DNA from: Pseudovirgaria hyperparasitica
Taxonomy: Eukaryota
Assembly (NCBI GenBank): GCA_010093815.1
Contig: ML996575.1
Length of the DNA: 64,000 nt
Direction: 5' to 3' (one strand)
The position numbers and the translations under genes are program-made. Positions 24,992-38,900 of the stretch are shown here, one piece after another. The number at the start of each line of letters is the position of its first letter. Positions within the stretch are counted from its first letter, which is position 1. The notes below the pieces were generated by a model. It had not been told where the DNA came from and did not search any database. It saw nothing but the letters and a program-made list of their open reading frames with translations.

Positions 24992-27900
24992 ATGCGGCTA
25001 CTACAGGGCATACTGCTGCCCGCCTTGCTCGCGGCCATAGCTAGTATGGTAGGTGGCGTGTCCGCTAAGAAGGACAAACCCTCCCTTACGCGTACCGAAT
25101 TCAAGACCGAACCTGGGAACCTTTTCTACTTCGAGGATTCTCAGGTTGTGCTTATGATAGAAGTGGAAGAGGGCAAGGTTTGGAGAACAGATAATGAGGG
25201 CGACGAATGGAACGTGGTCGACGATATCAAGAGCAGTGATAAGCCATACGCACTCCTTAAGAACCAATACGATAGCAATGTGGCTGTAGCCTTGGGCAAG
25301 CGCAAGATACACTGGATCACCTATGATAAGGGAAAATCCTGGAGACAATTCACAACAGATGAACATCCAAGTCAAGTGACGATACCCATCGCGTTTAATG
25401 CTGCGGATAACAAAAAGCTTCTCTACTCATCACTAGAAAAATGCCTTGGTACTGTGTGCATTGGAAATGTTGGTCTTAGTCCCGTCCCTTAAAGTTCGTA
25501 CCTATAGCTAATATTCTCTCTATAGACATATTATACCGATGACGGTTTCGAGAGCACAAAAATATTGATCCAGAAGCGCAAGCTATGTGAATGGGCGGTA
25601 GCGACCGATCTGATCGCTGAGCGTGGCGACATCAACGAAGACCGTATACTATGTATCGTCGAAGGGAAATATGGCTCACATTCGCCGTCTAAGTACAGAC
25701 TATTATATTCCGACAAGTGAGTAGGAAGATGTGGCGGCATGAACGGGCGCTGACAGTCCTAGCTACTTCGAGGACCAAACCGAGATGAAAATTGATGGCC
25801 AAACGATGACGGGGTTTGCCAGTATCGCAGCTGTCAAAGGCTTCCTCGTTGTCGCTGCCGCGACCCCGGGCTCTCACGAACTTGCCCTTTATACTTCAAT
25901 GGATGCGGAAACCTGGCATAAAGCAGAATTTGGGGACCACCATGTCGAAGAGAGCGCATACACAGTACTGGAATCCACGAATTACAGCATCCAAGTAGAT
26001 GTGCAGACTGCAGACTTCACGCCTATGGGTGTGCTATTCTCTAGCAATTCCGAGGGACGATTTTTCACGAACAATGTCGAGCACACAAACCGTAATGAAC
26101 GAGGCTTCGTTGACTTCGAGAAAGTTTCCAATATACAAGGAGTCATAATAGTCAACGTTGTCAAGAATTACAAAGATTTACAAGGAATTGGGGGCTTCTT
26201 TGGTGAAGAAAAGCAGCTAATAACACAGCTTAGTTTTGATGATGGCCGGACATTCCATGATCTCAAATACAAGGACAAGGCGCTTCATCTTCACTCCGTC
26301 ACGGATCTCGCGAACAGCGGCAGGGTATTCTCCAGCCCGGCCCCTGGTCTAATCATGGGGGTTGGTAATACCGGCGACTCCCTGAAACCTTACAAAGACG
26401 GCGACCTTTACGTGTCTGACGACGGTGGTCTTACCTGGAACAAAGCTCTAGAAGAAGCCCATAAATACGAATTCGGTGACCAAGGATCTGTTCTGGTGGC
26501 TGTTTTCGACGAGGGCCCGACTAAAGAGATCCGATACTCTTTGAAACATGGCAAGGATGAGTGGCGTACACTTGAACTTGAGAATGAAATGAGAGCTGTG
26601 GAACTCACAACCAATACCGATTCGACAAGCTTGCGCTTTATTCTTATTGGGACAGAAGGATCTGGTAAGAAGAAACAGTGGGTCAGCTATACCATCAATT
26701 TCGATGACATGCACGAGCGAGATTGTGGCGAGAAAGATTTCGAAACTTGGCACGCTCGCGTCGACGAGGATGGGAACGCCATGTGTATCATGGGTCGAAA
26801 GCAATCCTTCCACAGGCGCAAGGCGGACGCCGATTGCTTCGTAAAGGAGTTTGAGAAGCCTGAACTAGAATGGGACATATGCGAGTGTACTGAAGCTGAT
26901 TACGAGTGCGACGCTGGTTTTACACCAGAATGGAGTGGTGAAGGTGATAAGAAGGAAAAGAAATGCGTCGTTGCCGGACGGCTGGATCCGCCTGATGATG
27001 CTTGCCAAGGCGACGATGAAACATTCATGGGAAGCTCTGGGTGGCGCAAGATTCCCGGAAACCAATGCAAAGGTGGTACCAAAAAAGATAAAGAGATGGA
27101 GCACGAATGCAGCGAGACCAAAAATCCTCCCGGGAGCGGCAAGATTTCAACTGAGATTACATCTTTCCCCGAAGACAACCTTGCCGAGTACTATTATCTT
27201 GAGAGGAACGGCCGACAAGGCGACGATGAGACTGTCGTTATGCGAACCACGGACAACACTGTCTATATTACTCGCGACCATGGAAAGACCTGGGGGCGGC
27301 CCAAGGCCATTGGTGACGACGAAATCGTCGCGATATACCCTCACCAATACTTCAATGACGTTGTGTATTTCATTACAGCGAGCAAAAAGGTCTATTACTC
27401 AAAGGATCGCTGCAAGACAATTCATGACTTCGAAGCTCCGTCAGGTCCCAACAGGGCCGGCCTTCAGATTCTCCAATTCCATCCAAATAAAGACGGCTGG
27501 CTCATCTGGACTGGTCAGGACAAAACGGGGACGCCTCAAGCATGGAAAACACAGAGAGATGGCTTGGAATGGCATGCTCTAGCACGTGCCGTGAGCAAAT
27601 GTCAATTCATGTTCAGTGACGTTGGACATGACGTGGATGAACAGCTTGTATACTGCGAGCAGCACACTAACGAAGATCCGAGTGCGCCGCTCCAGCTTGT
27701 CTCGAGCAAAGACTGGTTTGCGAACAAGGACGTCGTTTTCGATGATGTTGTCAGCTTCGCAACCATGTCGGAGTTCATAGTCGTTGCGTCCAAAACGGAA
27801 GACCGCAAAAACCTCAAATTGGACGCCAGCATTGATGGCAAGAACTTCGCTGATGCTCAGTTCCCGCCCAAATTTACCGTCGAGCATCAACAAGCCTACA

Positions 27901-29555
27901 CTGTACTTGACAGCTCTACTCACTCTGTATTCCTTCACGTTACCGTCAATGCACACAGTAACTCTGAATATGGAACCATAATCAAAAGTAACAGTAACGG
28001 CACGTCCTATGTCCTGAGCGTTAATGAGGTCAATCGAAACGAAGAGGGCTACGTAGACTTTGAAAAAATGCAAGGCCTCGAAGGAGTGGCTATCATCAAC
28101 GTCGTCCAGAACAAAGAACAAGTCGACAACGGTGCCGGGAAAAAGAAGCGCACACTTATTACCCATAACGATGGCGCTGACTGGGCTCTTTTGTCTAATG
28201 TGAAGGACGCTAAGGGGGAGAAGAACCTTTGCAATGATAACGGATGTTCCCTTCACCTCCACGGATACACCGAGCGCTCTGATCCTCGAGCTACATTTTC
28301 GTCTGCATCCGCAGTCGGTCTCATGATGGGTGTGGGTAATGTGGGTACCGAGCTTAGCAGTCCGAGTGACGCCAATACCTTTCTGACCCAAGACGGAGGC
28401 GTTACATGGAATCAAGTTAAGTCGGGTCCTTATATGTGGGAATATGGAGACCAGGGATCGATCATTGTTCTCGTGAAGAAGAACGAAGCAACAGATCACG
28501 TTCTATACAGTACTGATGAGGGCGACTCCTGGACGGAATACCCCTTCACCAGTTCCGATTCTTGGAATATCGAGCTCATCACTACGGTACCTAGTGATAC
28601 GTCGATGAATTTTCTCTTGTGGGGTAAACAAGTCAAGGGTAAAAACCGTGGTAAGCTTGGTACGGTGAATCTTGACTTTTCCGGCCTCTTCGATCGTAAA
28701 TGTGAGCTTGATGACGACAATCCTCTGGCGGGCGACTACGAATTTTGGACCCCAAAGCATCCGTCTCAAGACACTGAATGCTTGTTTGGGCACATTGCCA
28801 AATACCATCGAAAGAAGCGTGGTGAACTGTGTTACAATGGTGAACGTCGATTCGACGATGTGCACGAACAAGAGAAGTGTGAATGTACTCGTCGCGACTG
28901 GGAATGGTAAGTCATAGTTTAGATGTCTCACCCAACAGAACTGATACATTTGAGTAGTGATTATAACTACGAACGCCAGAACGATGGTTCATGCCTACTT
29001 GTGGAAGGTTTGTCGCCATCTGATCCCAAGGACGTGTGTCAAGACAAGGATGTGGTTGAGTATCATACCGTCACCGGCTATCGTAAAGTGCCGATCTCGA
29101 CCTGTGAAGGTGGCCGGGATTTACGGGCAGAGACCCTACCGTGCCCAGGCCATGAAGAAGAGTACAACGAGAAGCATGGCACATCTGGCTTCGTTATCTT
29201 CCTCGCGATAGTTCTCCCAATTACAGCAGCCGCTGGTGTCGGGTACTGGGTATACCAGAATTGGGACGGCAAGTTTGGCCGCATCCGACTGGGCGACGGC
29301 TATAGTTCGTTCGACAGCAACAGTCCATGGATATCATGGCCCATCGCGGCCGTCTCCGGCCTCATTGCCGTTCTCGCTACGATCCCATTACTGGTCGGCA
29401 GTCTGTGGCGAAGTGCAAGCAGCAGATTCGGTGGCGGCCGTGGCTACGGAAGCCGGACGTACACGAGTAGAGCCTCGTTTGGCCGCGGCGACTATGCGAT
29501 CGTGGATCCGGACGAAGGTGAACTGCTTGGTGATGACAGTGACGAGGACGTCTAG
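24992..29555 (+). CDS. VPS10: Vacuolar sorting receptor Vps10/Pep1 (about 1469 aa), 4 exons
   Basis: Exons 24992-25468, 25526-25716, 25763-28906, 28958-29555. Signal peptide, two VPS10 propellers with BNR repeats (S.DGG.TW; GFVDFEK/GYVDFEK; YEFGDQGS/WEYGDQGS), Cys-rich 10CC regions (GWRKIPGNQCKGG, GYRKVPISTCEGG), one TM helix and an acidic tail. Confidence 0.97.
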
Positions 29556-30547
29556 TAGTCGGTGAATCTGGGTTTTTTTTGGGAAGCACAGGCATAGGAT
29601 GGGTAGAACACAAGGTTGAACCCAATTTCTGAGAGGGGAGGCTCGGTGCCTTCCCTTTCAAAGTGTAGTTTTAGTTCCTTTTTTGAGCGCTGCGCAATCT
29701 GCTTCTCGAATGTCTTTCGTGCCATGAAACTATGTGTGTGTGCGTGTGTGTCAGCTTGGTGCATGACTGCTGTACTGTTTGATCATTCACAATGTCTAGC
29801 TAATTAGCCTTGACATTGTCAAATGGTCTTCCCCCCCTTAGTGCACTGTTCTATCTACCATCATCTCGAGATCACATTCGCGAAACCTCTTATTGCACCG
29901 GTGTTAATACAATAAGCTAGCATCGCTGACTATTCCCCACAGTTATATAGATGGCTGTGCCATTCATTCATGTCACATTCTAGTCCCAACTCCATCCTAC
30001 GAAAACTTCATAAGACCATGTATACATACCAGATCATATATGAATCGTCACAGAGTAGTTCACTACCTACGCAAACACAGACATGAACACGCGCAAACAA
30101 CATCTGCACAGACTTTTGCTTGCTTGATGCAACCTCGCTCAATGAGGGTTCGGTCAATTGGCGATCTATGAGACACTGTACGATTACATTGGATCTGGTA
30201 CGAGGCATTGGAAAGGCGTTTACAAGCAGTTCTTATGGGTTGGATGGACTCTTCGGTGGTTGGGGACTGGGTGGAGATTGTAGGTTGGTAGCAGCGCTGT
30301 GATGATAGTGGTTCTGATATTGTGGGTTTGCAGGAGTCGTGAGTTTAGAGTTTGGTATGGAAGAGCTAGATGTATAAGGAGCTATTTCACCACTTTCATG
30401 TAAAAAAAAATAGAGATCTCTTGGCTATGCGGCTCAGTGAGGCCTAGAAAATTTGGGATATCTGTTAAAATCGTACACTCTTCAAATCTGCGTACACTCT
30501 TAAAAACTGCGCGACACATGCTACATCCATGAACCATCCTCTTACAA

Positions 30548-31431
30548 TTACACCTGTCTTACATCCTTCAGCTCTACAGCATGCATATCCAATCTTTCAG
30601 AGCTCATGCCCAAGGCCGTCTCTTTGTCCCTGGCGCTAAACTTGCCAGTTCTACAGAGTTTACTTTCAGTGACCCACACTCGGAGCCATATCAGGTACTT
30701 CACAATTATGAAGATGACGCATGCACCCACAAGTATTCCAATGATGTATCCTGCAGTGATGCCGCTGCCATGCTCTTGTATGTCAAGGAAATCGTAAACA
30801 TAGAACCCTTGCGTAGCGTGGGTCAAGTATGCGAGACCGAGATAGAGCGCGAGCAGGATGATGATTGGGATGAGGTGCCACCATGGAAGAGGGGACGTTC
30901 GCGGGATTATGATCTCAAGCAGCGCATAGACGGCGTTCAGGGCGTGTTGGGAGGTATTTGACCACGTTGCGAAAGGGGTCTCGAAGGAGCTGTATAAAAG
31001 GGTCCAGAAGACAACTATGGCCACTTTTTAGGAGACAGTCACATATGCGCTCACCATGCTGCAGACTTACTTGTAACGATCCACGGGTACACCGTAATGG
31101 TGCTGTACAGTACCTCGTGGAGTGTCTGTAAGACGACTCCCCAGTCTTTCAGCGCTTCCCTTCCCTTGAGCCAGTATGTGCCGGTATGTATCGCTGCGAA
31201 GAGCCCGTATCCCGCGATCCCCCAGTAGGTCAATACTGTAAAGTATGAGAAATTCCTGCCTGCTTTGCGGTCACCGTGCGTGCCGTCCCAGCCAAGAGTG
31301 AAAAAGATTGTGAACCAAGCATAGAGGGCGAACACTGCTCGAAATGCGAAAAGAACGAGAGGGGACAGTAACCACGAGGTCACCCATCGCGACGTAGGAT
31401 CGAAAGGGCGCGATGCAAGAGAGAGGCGCAT
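30548..31431 (-). CDS. FAR-17a/AIG1-like multi-pass membrane protein, 2 exons
   Basis: Exons 31431-31071 and 31014-30548. Motifs FSYFTVLTYWG, PWIVTIVFW, WSNTSQHALN, YLGLAYLTHATQGFYVYDFLD. The Thr and His pair matches the AIG1/ADTRP-like pattern. Confidence 0.75.
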
Positions 31432-32336
31432 TCTCAACGGACGGCGCAGAGATAACAGTTTGCTGGAGGAGGAAGTGTGTTATGCCATGTGGGAGTAGGT
31501 TTCAGTTGTTTGCTGCTGCGGGAATTTCTTTGAAAACCGGTTCAACGCCGGGGGCTCTATATTTGGGAAATTGGCCGCACATGCAATGATCGCTTGGGGC
31601 CCCGAACGTACCTAAACAGGAGATCTGGCCAGTACAGAGAGTCGTCACTCGTGAAGCGTTTGCGACGAGCCCGTATTGACGATTGACTATCATTTCTACA
31701 ATACACTAGGGCACGCTACGTGGATGGATCCGGATGCTGAAGCTTGGCTCGTTCCTGTCAGGCGTGTCCCGCTTTTTGGGCGCGAACGCCAGATCGCGTC
31801 GGGCCGAAAGGGACGATTCCCTTGACTTATTGCACTTTCTCTCGACGTCGAGCGTCCTCCGCCCTGCATATGACAATAGTAGATCAAACCCACCCTTACT
31901 CCACGCCGCTCATTATGTTTGTGCTATACGGTATCTGAGCATGGCAGAGCATGAAGCCGTTTTTGAAGGGTGGAACGAGCGAATCGTGCATACCGAGATC
32001 TAGGGATCGCAATTCCTTTCGTTGATCGAACCGAATGTGCGGAGTAGAAGGTGGTCCTATTAGCATGATAATTAGTCATGCAGCTGTTCTTCCTTGTTGA
32101 TTGTTGCCTAGAATAGAGATGGGCGGTAGACCTCAAGGATTGATAACTGACCGGCCGCACCGATCCATCGAGGGCGCTTTCAGCTTGCAGCCTTTAAGAG
32201 AGCCCTTCGTCAAGGCTCACACTTCAAATACCACTCATCAGAGACTCTCTTTAGTTTCCATCTTGTTGACCGCACTCTTCTGAGTCCACCGGTCAAACAA
32301 AACGCAACTGTTGCTGAGACTCTCGGCGTGCATGCC

Positions 32337-32867
32337 ATGCCTCCTTCACGCCAACCCACCAGCCGATCAGATGCGGGAAGATCGCTTCGAGAGAGACTCA
32401 CTCAGCCTTTGCAGAGCATCGCCTCCAAACAGCGTGCCCCCTCGCCACAAAGATACCCCTGGAAAATCGGCATTTACAATGGGGTGACCTGGCCAAAATT
32501 GAAGGCTCACCTCGAAACCTTGTTCCCCGGCACAGAGTTCAAGGAGAGAACGGTAATCGAGCGCGCTCTGGTGAAGGAGAGGCTATGGTGGCTAACGGTC
32601 AATCCTACAGAAGGGAGACTATTGGATAGTCAAAGTTCCAGCACCATCCACAACAGTGAGTGCACTTCCCTTGCATTGCCAACGTACAAAGATCTCGATT
32701 GACGTTTCCAGGATCGCAAAAACGAGATACTACAGCTGAGAGATGATAATCGCGCTAGAGAACCATCGCTTACGCCCGAGCCCGGAATGCATATCAAAGT
32801 TCCAGTCGAGGGAATGGCAAATGACCCATCTTCGGCCCCCGAGGGTGGGGCAGGTGGTGCGCCATAG
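32337..32867 (+). CDS. Small protein of unknown function (138 aa), 3 exons; first gene of the trio
   Basis: Exons 32337-32552, 32611-32655, 32712-32867, both introns phase 0 (GTAATC..CTAAC..CAG and GTGAGT..TTGAC..CAG). Core: YPWKIGIYNGVTWPKLKAHLETLFPGTEFKERTKGDYWIVKVPAPSTTDRKNEILQLRD. Confidence 0.7.
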
Positions 32868-33146
32868 GCTGAAAGCGCAGCTCAAGTGGAGTATGTCACA
32901 AGGATGATGCTGCGTAATCGTTCCTCCGAGCGAAGGGTGGCTAAATCATGGGTGCACCAAAAAGTCGGACATGTGTACAGCCACACACAACGCATTGTTG
33001 AAGCAAGACAACGTAAGGCTGACACTGTAAATTTGTTCAAAAGAATAACTACATCGCGATCGTTCATATCTCCTCTAGCATAACTTTCCTTAAGTAGTAA
33101 ATTCTATGCAAGCACAACAACCATTGGTCTTCACTATTTGTTCAAA

Positions 33147-35018
33147 ATGTTCTTGGTTGACCATCAGCTTGCGGAGTCGATCCGAGGAGCCCACAAGTAT
33201 CCACAGAACATCATTACAAGAACGTTAGATGCATGTGCCTGGACATTAACAAGCGCAACCACTTCACTAGACAAAGCGACACCTTCGTTGTTTGTAAAAC
33301 GCGAAGAAGAGGTAGACCTGACGTTCCGCGATATAGACCCTCAGGAAGGTATTTAGAACAATGTCCACTATGTCACAAGCACACAATCTGACTCGAATCC
33401 TCAGGCCTCAAAAAGACCAACATTCATCTGGAGGGCAAAGAATTGGAATGGCTCGGCGTACAGTCGAGAATGAATGAAGAGTGCCCACGCAAGCCTCCGT
33501 TTATATATGCTCAGAGGAGGGATCCGAAATGTCGTTTTATGTACGTCTCAAGAAACATGCGTGCGAATTACCAGCAAAGCACTAATCTTTAGCAGCTACA
33601 TATACGGTATTCACAGCAGAGCGGCTCTAAAGGTGTCCAGAAGCATGCTCACAAACGTTCTCTCGTATCATGAGGTCATGCCAGCGTACTTGGACTTTAT
33701 TTTAGCATTCGGATTGAAGTACGAACCAGATGATCTCAAATTCAGTGCCTTCATGGAGCAGACTACTTTATCAGCACCACGTGGACCTGTCACAACAGAG
33801 CTAGGCCGAAGCGGACGGCAGTTCCAGCTATGTTACAATCTACGGACCGCGACCAAGAAATCTGAGGAGAACGGCTTGGGTAATCATCAGGAATGGTCCA
33901 TCCAACCAGCTGCAATCCACCATCAGTTTGATGTAATCGAAGGCACTACCCTCTGGATAGTCACAAAAGGGGGTCGCGATTTATACCACCGTTATAAGGA
34001 TTTCTCTGCATCAAGCGTTCGGCCAAGTGGCTTGGCTTTCACATCACCAGAAGAGTGCCTGCGATCGAGCCTCTCAACACATCTAATGTTCTGTCGTTGG
34101 GCTACGGAGGGTTGGCGATGGTTCTTGAAGTGGCTTGAAATGACTGTTGAGGAAGAGGTAGGGCAAAGTACTCGCAGACATTATCACTCTGTTAATGTGA
34201 CGTTAGACTCAGCTCGCCGGCTATAGCCCATCGAAGAATTACAGATCCGAGCACCTTATGCGGTTGCATCGGCATTTAGACAAAGCCGCAGGAATCGTCA
34301 TTGCATTGGAGACGAATGTGGAGATCTTGACCTTACTTCGCGAATACTATTGTAAGCTGGTCAGCAGACATGATTATCCATCAGCCTTGAAAAATGCCTG
34401 CAGCGACGACTTGCATTGCTTCGATACCAAACTTGGTGTCATGGTGCATAATTCCAAGATGGAACTGTTCAGGGCAAAATCACTCGTGGAAATCGTTAAA
34501 GATCGAAAAGAATTGGTATGATTGACGATCTGGAAGCCACACTTGTCACACATACTAACGCACTCCAAGATAGTGCAACACTTGCAGACTCAGGCTTCTG
34601 AGAGAATAGAAGCTGTCAGCAATCGTATGGAACGGGAAGCTATTGCAGTCAGAATGTTGACAATTGTCTTTGGAGTATATCTACCGGGCAGTTTCGTATC
34701 GGTCAGTGTTACCACCATTACTATGCTTTCTCTGATGGTTCTAATGTGAATCAGGCCTTCTTCTCCACCGACGTTGTTCATTACTCCGCCAATGATAATG
34801 AGAAGGTGGTGTTCTCATCAATAGCACTGGACAGATGGCTTCAGCTGACAGTTCCTTTGACTGCGCTCACTTTGATATTCGTCTATTGGTCACACTCTTT
34901 CGCGAACAAGTCAGCGATGTTTAACAAGTTCATGCTCGCAAATGCTCGGGGTATAGCACGCTCGGTTGGCTCATTTGCTCTTCGAAAACGTGCCTCGACA
35001 GACTCAACGATGGTTTAA
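33147..35018 (+). CDS. Fungal CorA-like protein with two C-terminal TM helices (about 534 aa), 6 exons
   Basis: Exons 33147-33348, 33405-33540, 33596-34157, 34207-34515, 34570-34701, 34755-35018 total 1605 nt in frame. Motifs DPKCRFIYI, MLTNVLSYHEVMPAYLDFILAFG, FQLCYNLR, WSIQPAAIHHQFD, a long stalk helix, TM1 VRMLTIVFGVYLPGSFVSAFFSTD and TM2 WLQLTVPLTALTLIFVYW. Confidence 0.82.
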
Positions 35019-35957
35019 GGGATGTAGGAGACTAATATACAAATGTACATATATATTTACGATACCGCACCAAACATCAGGAGTTGTCTAAATGTGTTAA
35101 AAGAAATGAGTCGCCAGCACTTGCCGCCGCTATACAACTGTTTTGAGATACACATGCTTGTCTACGATTTGGAGCCATGCAAATGGTTCTAAGATGATTT
35201 GAGTCTCAGCGCGAGAAGATGTCGCAGTGAACATCAAGATGCTCGTCGGCAGTAATGCCTCATTCTAGCATTGCATCGATCGGGGCTTGCGGCATGTGGC
35301 GTACTAGCATAGCCTCAAGATCACACATGAAACCTTGTCAGCAGCACTTCCCAGCAAAGTGTCATTGTGGAGAGGCCATCTCTCGCACACCAATGACTGC
35401 GTGTGTCCACAGGCCAGGTTGTAGTAGATTCGACTTACTAGCCTCTCGTAAAAAAAGAATGCCAAGGGTACGAAGCAAGAGATGGAAGTCGGGGTGACGT
35501 GCATGTGAAGCTCGCCCGGTCAGAATCGTAGACGTGTTAGGGCCGGGCAGCGTGCTGTGATAAAAGGAAGGAGGAAAGAGCTGGGTGCTTTGCGAGCTCA
35601 CCGCTTACCATGCAAAATCCGAGGGTATGCTTGATTTATGGTAATTTACAATCTTATCAGTCTTCTACCACCTGCAAAGCTACTATGCAGATGCAGACTA
35701 AGCGGGGCTTCTCGCAGCCTTGTCTGCGTGGATGTACCCTCATCGTACCTCTGGAAAGGCAGCAGGATTTCCATATACCTCTTAGATCCTTCTGTCGTTC
35801 ACTTTTCATCCGTTTGAATCGGCGATTATCTAGCGTATCTCTTTCATGAACTCCATATTCACTCTTGAAGGCCCGTCTACGGGTTTAACCGTCCGATCGG
35901 CCCCACGAGGCTGAGCCTCGCTCAATTTGCAGCGGTTTCACTTTGACAAAGATCAAG

Positions 35958-38900
35958 ATGCAGTTCGCTACGGCACATACGCCCCATACATTTCCCAGCA
36001 TTGTCGATACGTTCAAGAGAAAGCTCGAAAGCTTGAGGACGAAGGCATACTGTGGTCGACAATATATACTCGTTGATCGGCTCCAAGACTGGCTTAACAC
36101 GAGAGAAGAATCTCAGGAGCATACCAATATCAGGAGACTGCTAAGTGTTGCCTTCTCAGATATATATCAAAAGGTGGATTCTCGCCAGCTATCGCAATCC
36201 TACATAGTCTTTGCTATTCTCATGGAGCACGACTATGGGCATCATATTGACAAATTCCTCGATGCCAATATAACGGACAGTCGCCTCAGTGAAGATCTGA
36301 GTATGGCTGAATTGCAGCGGAATCTTGGTGGCGAAGCGCCGCAAATTATCGACGCTTTTTACAATAGCAGATGGGCCTTCTGTCCGGCTCGTTTTGAGCT
36401 TGATTCGCATACAATAGTGAGGTCTCGCGATCAAATCATACCCTACTGCTCTCGCGAAAGAATTAATGAGGGCGGTACCGCAGATGTCTGGCAAGTGACC
36501 ATCAAAGAAGATATGCTGTCAAGCGATATGAAAGATCGGATGACTCAGTTCCGATTCGAATGTGCTGGGCATGGCATAGTAAGTGGAATCGAAGTAAGTG
36601 GTATTTCTCCGCTCATCGCCAACAGTGTTACCGGCTCGCCATCAAGGGCTACGCAGAGAAAGATTATGAAGTGTTTAATTGGGAAAGAGAAGCGTTCAAT
36701 GTACTGCGAGGTCAAGCAGGAATGGTCCAATGCTTCGGCTCATATGAGATCGATGAGATCAACCCTGAATATCGCAGAGGCCAGGACCTCCGCAACTTTG
36801 CTCTCATCCTCGAGTTCGGAGAACGCGATCTCATGAACTACCTCGAAGATACATCTCAAATTCCCCCTATCTTGCCGGAAGAGATATTTTCGTTCTGGAA
36901 TGAGTTGTTCAAGGTCTCCGATGCTCTCAGTCAGTTTCACCATACAAAGTACCGAAACGCTGATACTAGCACATACTTATCTGGGTATGTCTTACGATAG
37001 TGATAGAGAAAGGTATTGACATCCATCTACAGGTGGCATTCTGATGTCAAACCAGAAAACATCTTAAGAGTTAATGGTGAATTCAAGTTGGCTGACTTTG
37101 GATTCTCAAAGTTTAGGAAATTCGAAAAGAAAGAGGTAGTTCCTTCGGAGTATATTTATGGAGGCACATTTGCATACGGTACAGATTATTGGCCTAGAAA
37201 AGAACATGTTCTGATTGGACTGTAGGAGCACCTGAATGCGAAGCCATGAGACAAAATCGTGGCACCACTACCAACGTTACTCAGACCATTGACACGTGGT
37301 CTTTTGGCTGTGTCCTATCGGAAGCTGCGACATGGCTTGCTCTTGGCTACCAGGGACTAGAACAGTACCAAGAGTTCCGTATTGGCGTTGTACGTGACCT
37401 TCGCCGCCGACACGCACCAGAAGATAGGAGTAAACGGGGTATTCAGATCCCCAGATCGGACAGCTCGTTCCATGACGGCTATAGGGTTTTACCTCAGATC
37501 CGTCTCTGGCACGATTATGTTCGCAACAGCACCAGGCGTACTGATACCATCACAGACCGTGTCTTAACATTAGTAGAGGATCACCTGTTGTTGGAGGATC
37601 CTCACGCACGTTATTCCTCAAACCAGCTTTCGGATGCACTCAAGATTGCAGAGTGGGAGGCCAGACAGGATGTTCAAGCTCACTTCGCTGACCAAAGGTT
37701 GCGTCAAATTGCACCAGAGCTCCAGCAGCGGCTTGTGACTATTGAGCAGACGGCAGCTGCCCGCCAAGGTACTTCCAATAGCAACCTGACCGTCATGTCT
37801 AAAGATACCACTCCTCTTGAAAGCGAAAAGACCGCTAGAGACAAAGGTATCATTTTGGGGCCACTTCCTACCAGGAACTATCGAAAATCGCAGCGTGCGG
37901 GCAAGACAGAATGGATAGAGAAGAACCCACTGTCTAGGACTGCGCACAGGAATCCTGAAACGATGATGAATACAATACCTTTGGCCCATTTGACTGAAAG
38001 TCCCAACACCTATGATGTGGACATAGATGAGCCTGGTCCATCAGATCGATGGGAAAGTCGTAATGTGCCACTACCGGCACCACTAAAAATCAGGACTAAG
38101 GAAACCTATGCGCACAAGGAGAATGGAGGTACATACGGTCGTGGCCTTACGAGTCCCCAGACTTTGGAGCTCTCTCCGCATCCTCATATGTCAAGTGTTC
38201 CTTCCATGGTGACACACCCAGACTATCCTGGGTTACACAATACACATGAGATACGTTCTAACCCACATCCGAACTTTGCCACTCCTCAGGTGCTTATCAA
38301 TATACTAAATACTTCCGCATCTAGGCCTGAGGATACAAGGGACCCGGGGGGGCAAATTCACCCAGCCACCCCGCCCAACTCACCAGAGACCAAGATCAAG
38401 AAATACGAGCAGAAGGGATTTGACCCGATGGATTCACTGATCTCATCCAGGAGTGAGCCGCAAGAAGGCCCGTCAGATACTGCAATATTGTTGAACGAGG
38501 AAAAAATACTATTACAGTCCCCGGTGCCAATAGAAGAGGAACCGTCTAACGTCAGCATTCAAATAGATGAATATGCCACCGTTACCGACGTTAGAAACAA
38601 ACACCCAGAACTGGACATCTTCATCGTTCGCCGCGAGCTTGAACGTAAGAATCCAGGACTTATTCGATCCTGGTTGATAAATTCTCCGCGGAACAAGAGG
38701 CTAAGCTACTTTGTGTCGAATAGGGACATTGTAAGTAGAAGATCTGTCGCGTGACTCGCCAAGGATTCTGACTCCTATGTCGCAGGTATTTGTGGTTGAC
38801 AACGCGCCGACCATGCGACCATGGTGGGCTCTCGTATCTTTTGTAGTGGAGACTATGGCGATGAATCTCACTGGCCTGGATAAAGATGGCTTGGATCTTC

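Noticed and set aside
27579..28499. 306-aa minus-strand ORF
   Set aside because: Antisense shadow of the VPS10 exon.
33147..35018. Annotation as ALR1/MRS2 magnesium transporter
   Set aside because: It has no GMN motif and its N-terminal motifs differ from those families, so no gene symbol was assigned.
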